The notes below the pieces were generated by a model. The model made no database searches. It was not told the origin of the DNA and was given only the letters and a program-made list of their open reading frames with translations. A program made the translations under genes and the position numbers. Positions 14,023-25,632 of a stretch of DNA of 64,000 nt are shown here, piece after piece (position 1 is the first letter of the stretch; the number at the start of each line of letters is the position of its first letter). This stretch comes from Takakia lepidozioides (lineage: Eukaryota; Plantae; Bryophyta): the NCBI GenBank assembly GCA_030704615.1, contig CM060731.1, forward strand, positions 64,914,001-64,978,000, in the 5' to 3' direction.

Positions 14023-15595
14023 ATGGCCGGTCCTCGTTCTGACGATGACGATACCCCAGAGCAAGTATCTTTATGCGTGGTAAGTATTTTCCTGCTGCCT
14101 GGACAGATGGAGTGGACAAAATGCAGTGAGAATTAAAACTTTCCAGAGAAGTGATACATGGATGCACGCCAGTTTGTTCTATATCAACTAGGTTTACTTG
14201 AAGTTGTTCAATGATGGTTACAAGAGAGTGGTGAAAGGTGGAAGAGCAGTAGAGAATGCAGTATGAATCTTGGAAGCTTATCCTCCATGGATCTTTCTTG
14301 AGATTGCACAGGTTGCGAGTGATTACCTTTTAGCTACAAGCATGTATTAGTCACCGGTGCCAGCGGTTGAAGAAATCTGAGCTGGAGCAATGGTGTTCTT
14401 TTTCTTATGTGCATGTTGTGTTTTCGTAGAATTGCCTGATTGACATGTTTGTACCTGAGAGAGGTATGTGCACACATTCTTTCGTCTTCGGCGAATGCTG
14501 CCTTGCACGCCGCCAACAGACAGCCAACTAATTATGGACTGTGTGATTAGGGTCGTGAGGAGGCACAGAAGCTCAGGAAGGTGGAGAAAGAGAGCCAAAA
14601 GAGGTGTAGTCTTCATGATTGAAGTTCAAGTCGTTCTGTTGGCATCTCTCTTACTTTCGCTTCACAACATACTTGCGGAATCATTTGGCAGCAATTTTTT
14701 TTTGAAATAGGAGTTTCTTGTATTGATGCAGAGTTGCTGCAGAAGCTAAAGTAAGACGCAAGTTGAAATCCGACCGCAAAGTCGGAGAAAGCTCATCAAG
14801 GGATGTGGAGTCCTTACAACCTGGGAAGGGTGAAATAATTTTGGGAAACAAACGCAAGCGAATCAACAAGAGACAGGACTCTGACGAGCAGGCAAAGGCA
14901 GTTTCATCCAGTGTTCTGCTACAAGACAATATTGTGCAGTTTCTTACTGCAAATGAACAGTAGGTTCCTTGCTCCATGAAGGTCATGTGTCATAATCTCC
15001 TTTGAGGGAGGTGCACTTGTAATTTGCTGTGATTAGGACAAATATTATCAAGCTGACTGGGAAGAGTCTGTTGACATGTTTTGTTGCAGGAAAGCAACCC
15101 AGATTGTCACTCCAGCAGAAGACCAACTGCATGACGTTCCAAAGATTACCGACGTGAAAGAAGTTCAGCCACGATCAGACAATAATGCAAGTAGCAGGTG
15201 AGGGGGACGAGGAATAATGTCAATTGACTTGTTTACTGGTGCTTCAAACTGTTTTCAGTTTTACTCGATTGATTAGAGTTCCTACTGTTGTTTACGGTGC
15301 TTCAAGCTGTTGTTGATTTGACTAGTCTTCAAGCAAGGGTCCCTAACCAAGGCTGTGCTATTCCAGTTCTCTTTGATATCCAGGGTGGGTGAGTGTGTTT
15401 TCCTCACCATCATTTCATCATCTCCATGCTTACTGTGTCTGCAGAAGGCGCATAATTATGCTAAATGCTGAATCAAAGTCCATATTTACAGAGAAGGCTC
15501 TTGAATTCAAACATAATCATCTTTTTGGAAAACACTTGCGCCGCTCAGTGGCAATGTTGAGGAGTTCGTCCAAGCCTTTTGCAGCATCAGTTTGA
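14023..15595 (+). CDS. Small basic nucleolar protein, NOL7/NUC129 (Bud21/Utp16)-like, 198 aa, 5 exons
   Basis: Exons 14023-14079, 14551-14603, 14732-14959, 15090-15197, 15445-15595 join in phase (597 nt, all GT-AG). N-terminal SDDDDTPEQVSL, central LLQDNIVQFL, and C-terminal ALEFKHNHLFGKHLRRS resemble the NOL7/NUC129 pattern. Gene model is strong; family call is by motif recall only. Confidence 0.75.
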
Positions 15596-15763
15596 TTGTC
15601 AGCCCCCGTGCAAGGTATGCTGATAAAGAGCTCAAATTAGGTAGTTTAGGCCAGGACTACAACTTACTTATAGGTACATTATTTCAGCCTTTGGTCTATT
15701 CAAAATGGTCAAGAACAGTCTTTGTGCAGTCCTAAAGTGTGGAGCTTTCTTGAGCCCACTTCA

Positions 15764-15766
<3 letters not shown>

Positions 15767-15799
<33 letters not shown>
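15767..15799. repeat. (TC)n microsatellite
   Basis: About 16 perfect TC units. Confidence 0.95.
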
Positions 15800-15804
<5 letters not shown>

Positions 15805-16365
15805 TGAACTGAGGGTGTAAGGCTCGCCACAAGGCTACATGAAGCAATGTCTTCTGAGTACATTCTCTTAGAACTGACCCTGCTAGATGAATCTGCCTTG
15901 CAGGCCGAAGTGTCTAAGGCCATGTTGTAAGCACAAAGAATGTCTGAATGAAACAAAGTGAAGCATAAAGCTTTAAACGCAGGGTGGGAGTCTACCTTTG
16001 AACAACAAACAGATGCAGAGGGGAAAGGGAGATTGTTAAGGCCCGATGTGTGGGTGGCCTGAAAACAATACCCATTTTCTGATTGCTCCGCGCCTTGACT
16101 TACTGACTAGACATGGGGCACAAGACAAAAGTAGGACAAAAGTAGGTCAAAGGAAAAGAGGCCGAGGAGCATACTTGGGAGAAGATCAGGAGGAGAGCAT
16201 GATGTGACGAGATCCTTCATACCTGGCCAGTACGTGAGCCTGTAGTGAGCTTATGCTTTGTATGTTCCATGTGTTTTTCTCTGCCCCCCTAAAACATCTC
16301 CACATATGGCATTGCCATGGTTCATATGAAAGTTGTGCGGGTAAATTTAACGGTTTACCCGGATA

Positions 16366-18393
16366 TCAATATATGAAGCGAGATGTTTGTTTTGTTTTGT
16401 TTTGTAGCGTCGTTGAGATCTCCCAAACCGCGGGGCCCTAGCGCAGGTGCTTGGTGTCGTTGGAAAGCCCTCGGTGAGGAGGGGTGCACCGGCTTGGACT
16501 CATGATTTTTGGACCAGGGGTGTGGGAGATCTGGAATTTCAAGTGCTTTGGGTCGTTGGAAATTCGAGAAAAATAGCAAAGTGGGCTTTCCATGAGCCCC
16601 TTCATGTGGGAGATTGGAATATTAAGTACTTTTGGTCGCTGGAAATTCACAAAAATTAGCAAAGTGGATATATCGATATATGAAGCCTGGAGAGGGGAGA
16701 TTGCAAAAATAGCTAAGTGGACACATTGGGGATTGCGGTGGACATTGGAGGTCACACTTGGGCCTCTACATGGGAGATGCATTTGGATACATGAATAGAG
16801 ATTGCACTTCGGCTTAGATTTCATAGGTTACACTAGAGGTCGCACTTGGGCCGCAATATAGGAGACGCATTGGGATACATAAGAATTTGCACTTGGTCTT
16901 AAATGACAGTGGACACTTCGGCATCTACACGGGAGATGCACTTGGATACATAAAAGATTGTGCACTGGGCTTAGATGGACCTCGACATAGGAGACACACA
17001 TGGGAGATGTCATAGGAGACGCACTTGGATACATAGGAGATTGCACTTGGGCTTAAATGGCAGCGGACATTTGGGCCTCTACACGGGAGATGCACTTGGA
17101 TACATAAAAGATTGCACTTGGGCTTAGATGGGCCTCGACATAGGAGACGCACTAGGATACATGGGAAATTGCACTTGGTCTTGGATTTCAATTATTCACA
17201 CATGGGCCAACGGCACAAGCTACCCTAGAGGTCGAGGCGATTGCACTTGGTCTTGGATTTCAATTATTCACACATGGGCCAACGGCACAAGCTACCCTAG
17301 AGGTCGAGGCGATTGCACATGGGCTTAGATGACACTGGACACTTGGGCCAAAGGCACAGGCTACCCTAAAGGAAGCCTGTTTGTTTTTTTTTTTTGGTTT
17401 TTTATTTGGTTTTGTTTTTTCACGTGGAGATTTCCCCAACCGAGAGGCCCGGCCATGGTGTTTGGAAAGCCCTCGACGAGTAGGGGTGCACAGGCTTGGT
17501 CTCATGATTTTTGGACCTACAGTGGGGGTGGGGGGAGATGGGGGAGATGTGACTTTCTTGGGACAATGATTGAAGCCTCGACAATGATTGAAGCCTCGAC
17601 GGGAGAGATATCGAGGGAAAGGTCTCCGGTTCAAATCTGGTGGTAGGCTTTGCGGAAAAATAAATGCACTTGGACTTAGACAAACAGCAAAGTGGGCTTT
17701 CTTGGGACAATGATTGGATCGTCGAGGGGAGATATATCAATAATGATTGGATATATTACTACTCAATAAATTCATGGAAAAAAATAAATGGGGCCTTGAC
17801 ATGGAAATGCACTTGGATACATAAGAGATTGCATTTGGGCTTAGATGACATTGGACATTTGGGCCTCTACATGGGAGATGCGCTTGGATGCATATAAGAT
17901 TGCGCTTGGACTTAGATCCTCGACATAGGAGACGAACATGGGAGACGCCTTTGGATACATAAAAAATTGCATTTGATCTTATTATATCAACCCTCACATC
18001 TCAATTCTTCATATATTGGGCCAACGGCAGAGGCCACCCTAGAGGTCACACTTGGGCCTCGGCCCGCATTGGGATACATAGATACATAGGAGATCTTTCA
18101 CTTGGGCTTAGATGAGACTTGGCACGCATTGGGATACATAGATACATAGGAGATCTTGCACTTGGGCTTAGATGAGACTCTACACTTGAGCCAAGCATAT
18201 TCTACTCGAGAGGTCACACTTGGGCCTCAATATAGGAGACACACTTTGATACATAAGGGATTAGACTTGGACTTAGATGACATTGGACACATGGGCCAAT
18301 GACACATACTATCCTAGATCTCTCAAACAGTGGGGTCTCATACATAGGGTGGACATAGATGACACATGATACTTGGGCCAACGGCTACCCTAG
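16366..18393 (+). mobile_element. Non-autonomous Helitron-like element with reiterated internal repeats
   Basis: A|TCAATATATGAAG start and CTAG|T end, no TSD. The degenerate hairpin TGGGCC-AAC-GGCACA...TACCCTAG recurs internally. Same family as the copies at 40580-43647. Confidence 0.8.
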
Positions 18394-18826
18394 TATCCCT
18401 TTCATTTACCCTTACCCTTCATACGGGTAATTAAGTTGAATTTACCCTTACTCTTATCCGTATATTGTGCGATATTTGTGCACACAGGAAGAACCTTCCG
18501 TAACCAACCATTGAATTTATGGTAAAGATAACCATATGGCACAACACATGTATGGATTCTATGCAAACTGGAAAAATGACATGCACAACCTTTTGCTTGG
18601 TAATCCAGTATGATTATTTATGCAAAACTTGTGCATGTGTATCATCGGCACAACCTTTCAGAGGGCACCCATATTTGTTTGAATTTCTTTTTGCGTTTTG
18701 GTTTTGGAAAGGAGAAGAACAACCTCTTAGATGGTATATTTACAGAACAGCAGTCGGTAAGGTAACCATATAGATTTGGAATTGATTCAATTTGAGAAAT
18801 GACAAAACCAACCTTTTGGAAGATAA

Positions 18827-18913
18827 TATAGGGCCCACCCCCGAAAGAGGCAGTAGCCGCAAGGCGAAGTGGCTCTTAGTTACGCCGGCCTCGGCCGGAG
18901 TCCTCTCTCTCTC
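18827..18913 (+). mobile_element. 5'-truncated non-LTR retroposon 3' end with (CT)n tail
   Basis: 12-bp TSD TTTGGAAGATAA (18815-18826 / 18914-18925); second copy at 53574-53620. Confidence 0.85.
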
Positions 18914-19208
18914 TTTGGAAGATAACTGTAACTGTTTGGATTTTTTGCACCCTTCCGAATAAAACATAAAATGACAACAACAACTAGGTAAAGCTACATG
19001 TTTCAAATTACTGCAATCTCAGAATTGGCAAAACCAACCTTCCGAAGATATGCTTGGATCTTTCGCAATCTGAAAAAGTGCATAAACAATCTTCCGGTCG
19101 GTACCAGTGTTTGGCGGGTATTACTTTCTTTAATACCAGCCGGGTACTGGTATTGAAACATAATTACTTTTCAATACCAGCCGATTCCACAGTATTAGAA
19201 CACTCGCA

Positions 19209-19285
19209 TTTTTTTTTTAAGGGAAATACCCGGGAGCGACCGCTCCTGCATGAGGCCCCTTAATTATAGTGAGAGGAGAAAATAA
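19209..19285 (-). mobile_element. 3' tail fragment of the tRNA-derived SINE family
   Basis: Reverse complement matches the tail of the 62690-62936 SINE, with poly(A) read as poly(T) at 19209-19218. Confidence 0.75.
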
Positions 19286-19751
19286 GGCATCAATGTCTTT
19301 TTTACTGAAGAGTGGAGACTCTGACAACTGCATCATTCTAGAATCCCAGCAATATGTGGATGGAGGGTGGAGTTGTGTGTGAGGATGACTGTTTGTATCA
19401 TACCTTTGTTGAAACAAGGATTCATTAGAGGAATGACATTGAGCAGAAATCACCTCTAGTGAGTTTTGCTGTATCTTTGGGGAACTGTTTGTTAAACACG
19501 TACATGGAATACTTTCAGGGCCTGGTACATCGGGATTTCTTCTTACTTTTCATTCCTTGCAATTTCCTCTGCAATTAGACTTCCTGTGACTTGCACTGTG
19601 CCAATCAATGGTGACTTGAGCTGTATCCTCACCACAGGCAGCACACACGGATCAATCAATTTGATCTCTCATAAATAATACAACAAACAAGATACTAAGA
19701 CCTTTCCAACTGCATGCTGGAAATGACCTCTTTCCTTTCAGGTTGTCCGGT

Positions 19752-20144
19752 TCACCAGTAATCTCTACATATCATCTTGGAGGTGATGAGAGCGATTGGC
19801 ATTGAGAACAATATGTTCTCAACCAACAAGCTTGGAAATGACCTTGCTTGGCGGTGTGGCAGTCACCACACACTCCAAGGTTTTCGTGGGCACGGGGATG
19901 CCTTAATAAGCCCAAAAGCAATGGTTATCTTCTCTTTATTCTAGCAAAGAGAAAATTCGTTTTGACCATCGTGCAATCTGTGTCAGGCACATAGTCAGCC
20001 TCCTTCATTGATGTAGACAATGTTTTGAGCTCGACATGGATTTCCTCGATCTTTGGATGTGATTTGCTGGTTCTCTACCTCAAAGCTGCTTCGCCTTAAT
20101 CTGCATCTTGACACCTGCTTACTTCCCTCACTCTTCATTCATTC
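19752..20144 (-). pseudogene. Decayed E+/DYW deaminase domain downstream of the PPR ORF
   Basis: Broken peptides SHPKIEEIHVELKTL..MKEADYVPDT, EKITIAFGLI, NLGVCGDCHTAK, NRSHH and terminal DYW* at 19752, with many indels and stops. Confidence 0.85.
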
Positions 20145-21863
20145 TTACTCACTCTTGAGAATGCTTTGAGCTGCACGTTCTGCCACCTCCACATCGAAGT
20201 GAATTCTGCAGGCCCCAAGCAAGGCCCTCCATTCTGCAGCACCTGCTCTGATTGGCATGTTGCTGATGAAGTCCTCTGCCTCATCCAATCGCCCTGCACG
20301 GCCAAGAAGGTCCACCATGCAACCAAGATGCTCCAACGTAAAGGTGACGTGGTGATCTCGACTCATGGAATCAAAGTAGTGACGGCCCTCGTCCACTAAC
20401 CCCACATGGCTACATGCAGAGAGAAGAGATGTGAAGGTGATACTGCTTGGTTCAAGGCCTTCCCGTTGCATTTGTTCAAAGAGTTGCAAGGCCTCCCTAC
20501 CACAACCATGCTGAGCATATCCTGCGATCATGACATTCCATGAGACCAAATTTCGTTGAGGCATATTGTCGAACACTTGCTGTGCATCCTTCATGCTTCC
20601 ACATTTGGCATACATATCAGCCAGGGCAGTCTCCAGAATAACATCTGCCGCGACTCCAGCTTTGATAATGTCAGCATGGACACCCTTGCCTTTTTTTAGC
20701 ACTCCTAGGCTGGCACACGCGTTCACAATGCCAATGAATGTGACCCTATTGGGCATCACCCCTTTCAGCTGCATTTGCTCGTAGAACTCAAAAGCCTCAC
20801 TACCAAACCCATGCTCAGCATATCCTGCGATCATTGCACTCCATGAGATCACATCACGATGAGCTAGATTGTTGAACACTTGACATGCATCCTTCATGCT
20901 CCCGCATTTGGCATACATGTCAACAAGGCTATTTTCCAGCACGATATATGAGCCTATTCCAGCTTTGACGATGTCAGCATGGACCTCTTTGCCCTTTTCC
21001 AGGGCCCCTAGGTTGGCACATGCATTTAGAACAGAAACAAATGTGACCCTGTTGGGGGTCACCCTTTCCCATTGCATTTGCTCATAGATCTCCAATGCCT
21101 CCTTAGCAAACCCATGCTGAGCATATCCAGCGATCATAGCATTCCAAGAGACCACATCTCGTTTAGCCATACTGTTAAACACTTGACGTGCATCCGCCAT
21201 GCTCCCGCATTTGGCATACATATCGGCAAGGGCAGTCTCCAGGATGGTATCTGGCACAGTTCCAGCTTTAATGATGTCAGCATGGACCTCTTTGCCTTTT
21301 TCCAGGGCTTCTAGGCTGGCGCATGCATTGAGAACACAATTGAATGTGATCTTATCAGGCATCACCCCTTCCTGTCGCATTTGCTCATAGATCCTGAAAG
21401 CCTCCTTTGTACGACCATGCTTGGCATATCCGCCTATCATTGTGTTCCACGTAAATATATCTCGGTGAGGAATTTTGTCAAACACTAGGTGTGCATCCAC
21501 CATGCTCCCGCACTTGGCATACATGTTGATCAGCGTGTTGAGTAGAAAGATCTTTGGCTTTAATCCACTTTGGACGATGTGGGCATGCACCTGCTTTCCC
21601 TCTGCAAGGTCTTTCCTGTTGATGCATTCCTGCAAAATGCAGACATACATACTGGAGTCTGCCTGAGTGTCTCTTTGGTTCAAAATTTGCACTGCCTCTT
21701 TCAGTTGTCCTGTCTTACATAGTGTCCTAACTGTACCAGAACAGTTCTTGTTGACTCCCACTGTTGGTCCTCTTTCAAAGGCAGAGGTGATGATGGAGGA
21801 GGTGCTACCCCTCCCACAAGTCTTATGTCCAGCACAAACCTGTTTCTGATTCAACCCTGCCAT
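20145..21863 (-). CDS. PLS-class pentatricopeptide repeat protein (organellar RNA-editing factor type), truncated in the E region
   Basis: 572-aa ORF with P-L-S triplets (DMYAKCGSM, DVVSWNAMIAGYAQHG, PNRVTF..NACASL), then LSACSHVGLVDEG, MVDLLGRAGRLDEA, WRALLGACRIH. A splice acceptor directly precedes the ATG. Confidence 0.93.
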   Translation of the reverse strand: MAGLNQKQVCAGHKTCGRGSTSSIITSAFERGPTVGVNKNCSGTVRTLCKTGQLKEAVQILNQRDTQADSSMYVCILQECINRKDLAEGKQVHAHIVQSGLKPKIFLLNTLINMYAKCGSMVDAHLVFDKIPHRDIFTWNTMIGGYAKHGRTKEAFRIYEQMRQEGVMPDKITFNCVLNACASLEALEKGKEVHADIIKAGTVPDTILETALADMYAKCGSMADARQVFNSMAKRDVVSWNAMIAGYAQHGFAKEALEIYEQMQWERVTPNRVTFVSVLNACANLGALEKGKEVHADIVKAGIGSYIVLENSLVDMYAKCGSMKDACQVFNNLAHRDVISWSAMIAGYAEHGFGSEAFEFYEQMQLKGVMPNRVTFIGIVNACASLGVLKKGKGVHADIIKAGVAADVILETALADMYAKCGSMKDAQQVFDNMPQRNLVSWNVMIAGYAQHGCGREALQLFEQMQREGLEPSSITFTSLLSACSHVGLVDEGRHYFDSMSRDHHVTFTLEHLGCMVDLLGRAGRLDEAEDFISNMPIRAGAAEWRALLGACRIHFDVEVAERAAQSILKSE

Positions 21864-23399
21864 CCTGCAATTTATCTGTTATTGAAAACTGAAACTCAAT
21901 AAAATACCCGTTTCTTCAGGAGGATAGGCTCCACTATTGAAGTCATCTACTTTTGGGTATATGGCATCTCAATCTATTCCTATGAGTTGGAAGCCATAAA
22001 ACATCAGAGCATAACACTGAATGTATTCTTGGCCTTGAGCTCCATGGTGTGCATCGACACTAGAAATATCACCAGATTGAGCTTGATGTCATATCATGGC
22101 AGCTAGCTCTGTTTTCACCAGCGGAGGGTTCCACCAACTCTCAATTCAAATGAGCTCCTTCGTGAGCTAGTGTCTGAAGTCTGGTGATCTTGGACCTCTC
22201 TGTGAAAACCAGCTGCATACACCTGAGCAGCTGCACCTTCAACCACATCCTTGCGATCATCAAAGCTTCAAGCATAATGTTCAATAGCAGGGAAAAACCT
22301 TGAACAACCTACTTTCATGCCTGGCTAGTACCGAAAAACAACCTATTAGTAGGAAAAGTAGGCACCAGCTGCTTTTCAGACAAAGACCAGAAATTCTCAT
22401 TAATTTGAGCAACTGAATATAAATCCACCGCACAAACATCTGCATGTCAGCTTCTGCCGATTGAATTCTTAAGGAAGCTAGCCTCACCTTATTAAACCTG
22501 TTGTCCAACCACTGTGAAGAATCTGAGAACTCTTGCCAGATCTGTTTTGCGCTCTTTGCTTGACCTGGTGCACACTACAAGAACATGAAAATTTTGCCAG
22601 ATTCCATTTGCCTCAGTGTCTATCAAGGTGTGCTTTTGCAGGTTTGGATAAAACTTTGCGGGGTTGCCCACTTCTCTGATACATGCACATAAGAAAATAA
22701 CAGAGCAAGAAACCTCTGTTACTGAAGGAGCTTGTGAGGGTCAAGGTCCCTCATTAAGCGCACAGGGTGTGGGTGATACTTACATTTCTCATCAGCCCAT
22801 ATTCTGTCCTGGACCATAGACTGAATCATCACCAGATAGTGCTGGACCATGAATTCTGGTGGCTAGCTCTGTGCAACCCACAATCCTGTGTGTGGTTATG
22901 TCTGAAGTCTATGATCTTGGACTTCTCTGTAACATACAGCATTAGGAACCTGAGCAGCCATAGCTTCAACCACAGCCTTGCATAGATCTAGGCTACAATC
23001 AAAGACTGGCGATTGTAGCTCACTTGTGGAACTTCCATCGGGGTTTAAGAGGGCTACGCGGAGCCCTTTCGTAATTCTCACCCTGAGACAAAATGTGGTA
23101 TAAACAGGTTCTCCCACACGAACTATGGTCGCAAGCCAAAAGAAGCGGACGACACATTCTCCCACGCGCACGGTTTAGAGAACCAAGAAAAAAGAACGTG
23201 TCTATAGTCTAAACCTTGCTTCGATTGCTCGGCAGGCTGAGGTCAAAAACCCACCACTTCAGCTGTATCCCGATTTCGACTCCACAGTTGAGCCCGTTAC
23301 TTTGCCCCATGATGTGAGAGGCCTCTACCACGATCAACGCAAGACGAAGGAACGGACTTGCTCCATGGACGCCCATGAGCCCATGAGAGAGCGCCCAGC

Positions 23400-24374
23400 A
23401 TGATAACAGGGTATACCAAGCATGGGTTTGGTAGGGAGGCTTGCAATCTCTATGAGGAAATGCAACAGGAAGGGGTCACACCCAACATGGTCACGTTCAT
23501 TTGGGTTCTCAACGCCTGTGCCAGCCTTGGAGCCCTGAAGAAAGGCAAAGAGGTCCATGCTCATATCATTAAAGGTGGAATTTCACCAGATATTGTTACA
23601 AGTATACCCTAGTCCACATGTATTCCAAGTGCGGAAGCCTAAAGGATGCACGTCAAGTGTTAGATAATATGGCTACACCAAATGTGGTCTGTTGGAGTGC
23701 AATGATTGCAGGGTATGCTCAGCATGGTTGTGGTAGGGAGGCTTTCATGATCTACGAGCAAATGCAAAGGGAAGGGTTGATACCCAACAGGGTCACTTTC
23801 ATTTGCATCCTGGATGTGTGTGCAAGCCTAGGAGCTCTGGAAAAGGGCAAAAATGTCCATGCAGATATCATCAAAGCTGAGATTTTGCTAGATATAAATT
23901 TGGAGACTGTCCTTTCTGACATGTATACCAAAATGCAGCAGCATGAAAGATGCACGTCGAGTCTTTGACAATATGGCTAAATGAAATATTGTATCATGGA
24001 GCGTCATGATTGCAGGATATACTCAACATGGGTACGCTAGGGAAGCTTTCAAGATCTATGAGCAAATGGTTCAGGAAGGGGTGAGGCCAGACAAGGTTAC
24101 ATTCAATTGTGTTCTCAATGCCTGTGCCAGTCTAGGAGCCCTGGAAAAGGGCAAAGATGTCTATGCTGATATGAGCAAAAGAAAAATTGCACCGGATATC
24201 ATTCTGGAGAATACCCTTGTTGACATGTATTGCAAATGTGGGGGTGTAAAGGATGCATGTCAAGTGTTTGACAATATGCTTCACGGGGATGTGGTGTCAT
24301 GGGATGCCATGATTTCTGGGTTTCATCAGCAAGGGTGCGGTAGGGAGGCCATCCAATTATTCCCACATCTTTGA
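23400..24374 (+). pseudogene. PLS-PPR pseudogene, inverted paralog of 20145-21863
   Basis: Three consecutive PPR ORF pieces (23400-23612, 23618-23968, 24006-24374) separated by frameshifts and stops; no E/DYW end. Confidence 0.88.
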
Positions 24375-25632
24375 ATCCAAATTTTGAAGCATTTGATCAT
24401 TGCTATAAAAATTGACTCCTGCTGAAGCGAGCTATGATGTCACTGCAGCCCGAAGGGCTATTGCCTTCTGTATGGAAGGTGGCACCATCTAATGGGCAGG
24501 AATGTGGTTGCCCTACGACTCCGAAGGCCCAAGGTACCCACACTAGTGACTGCGATTTGTTACGGTTGGGTTGGCTATAATGGGACTCCAACTTTTGTGG
24601 CATTTGAATCCACGACCACTTGTTTGGTAGCCTTGTGCCCTAACCACTCGGCCCATCTGTTCGATGTTTCACTGCCATAGTACAAATAACAAGATGAAAT
24701 CTGAGGAAAGAAATGTTGAATGGATAACAGTGACGAGAGAATGAAGGAAATGAATGAAGTAGCTATGAATCCTTTGCTCGCAATAAATGTTAGCTTGGAA
24801 GTAGTTTGAAGGTTAGTTATAAGAGGTAAAATTCTGAACGGAGGTCCTTTCTCATGTAGAAGTCTTCACTTGAACTGTTGTGGAACTTTCCGGGATTTGA
24901 TAGACATTTTTTCTCACTGCCTTTCTTTTGACAGGCTCATATTTTTTTTGCCTTTTTTTGCCTGTCAAATGCCTTGTGACACGTGCAAATATCAGCCTTG
25001 CTCCCAGGGCAGACTCAGAATCTTATATTTTTCAAATACAAAATCTGAAATTTTATGCTAATTAAAACGGAATCCTGTCAGAGGTTGCACGGTGCATTAA
25101 GTTCTTACATTATTCCTATTATCTTCCATTTAAAACAGCTACCCATGCTCATTAAAATACAGTATTTGACTCTTCAATAATGATGAGTAGATTCTAGCTT
25201 TAATGTAACTACCCAGAGTCCCAGATCAATTTCCAGGCCATATAAGTTTTGCCAAGTAATAGAAGTGCCCGGGGAGTCGAATGCCCTGACACCCTGTCCG
25301 CGCGCCCAAGTGACAGCCCACCCGCCCCTCCCTTGGGCGACCCACCCTACGCGGTCGGCGACCGCGGTTCAATACATGAATACCCGAATTACATGATCGC
25401 CACACCCCCATGCCGTCCACATGCATGACGCCACATGCCTCGCGGCCATCCATGCCCCAACATGCATACATGCACATGACAGGCCACATGACAGGCCACA
25501 TGACATAAGTATGAGATATGCCTAGATTCACTTTTTAATTGCAAGGATGCCATTCACGTGCAAAATGTCTAAAGCAGTCTTTGTCCAGTAGCTTGGCATC
25601 CTCCACTTCCGTCGTGCCCTCGCAGTGTCACA

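Noticed and set aside
16215-16250. U1 snRNA-like ATACCTGG
   Set aside because: Lacks the ACTTACCTG 5' end, stem-loops and Sm site.
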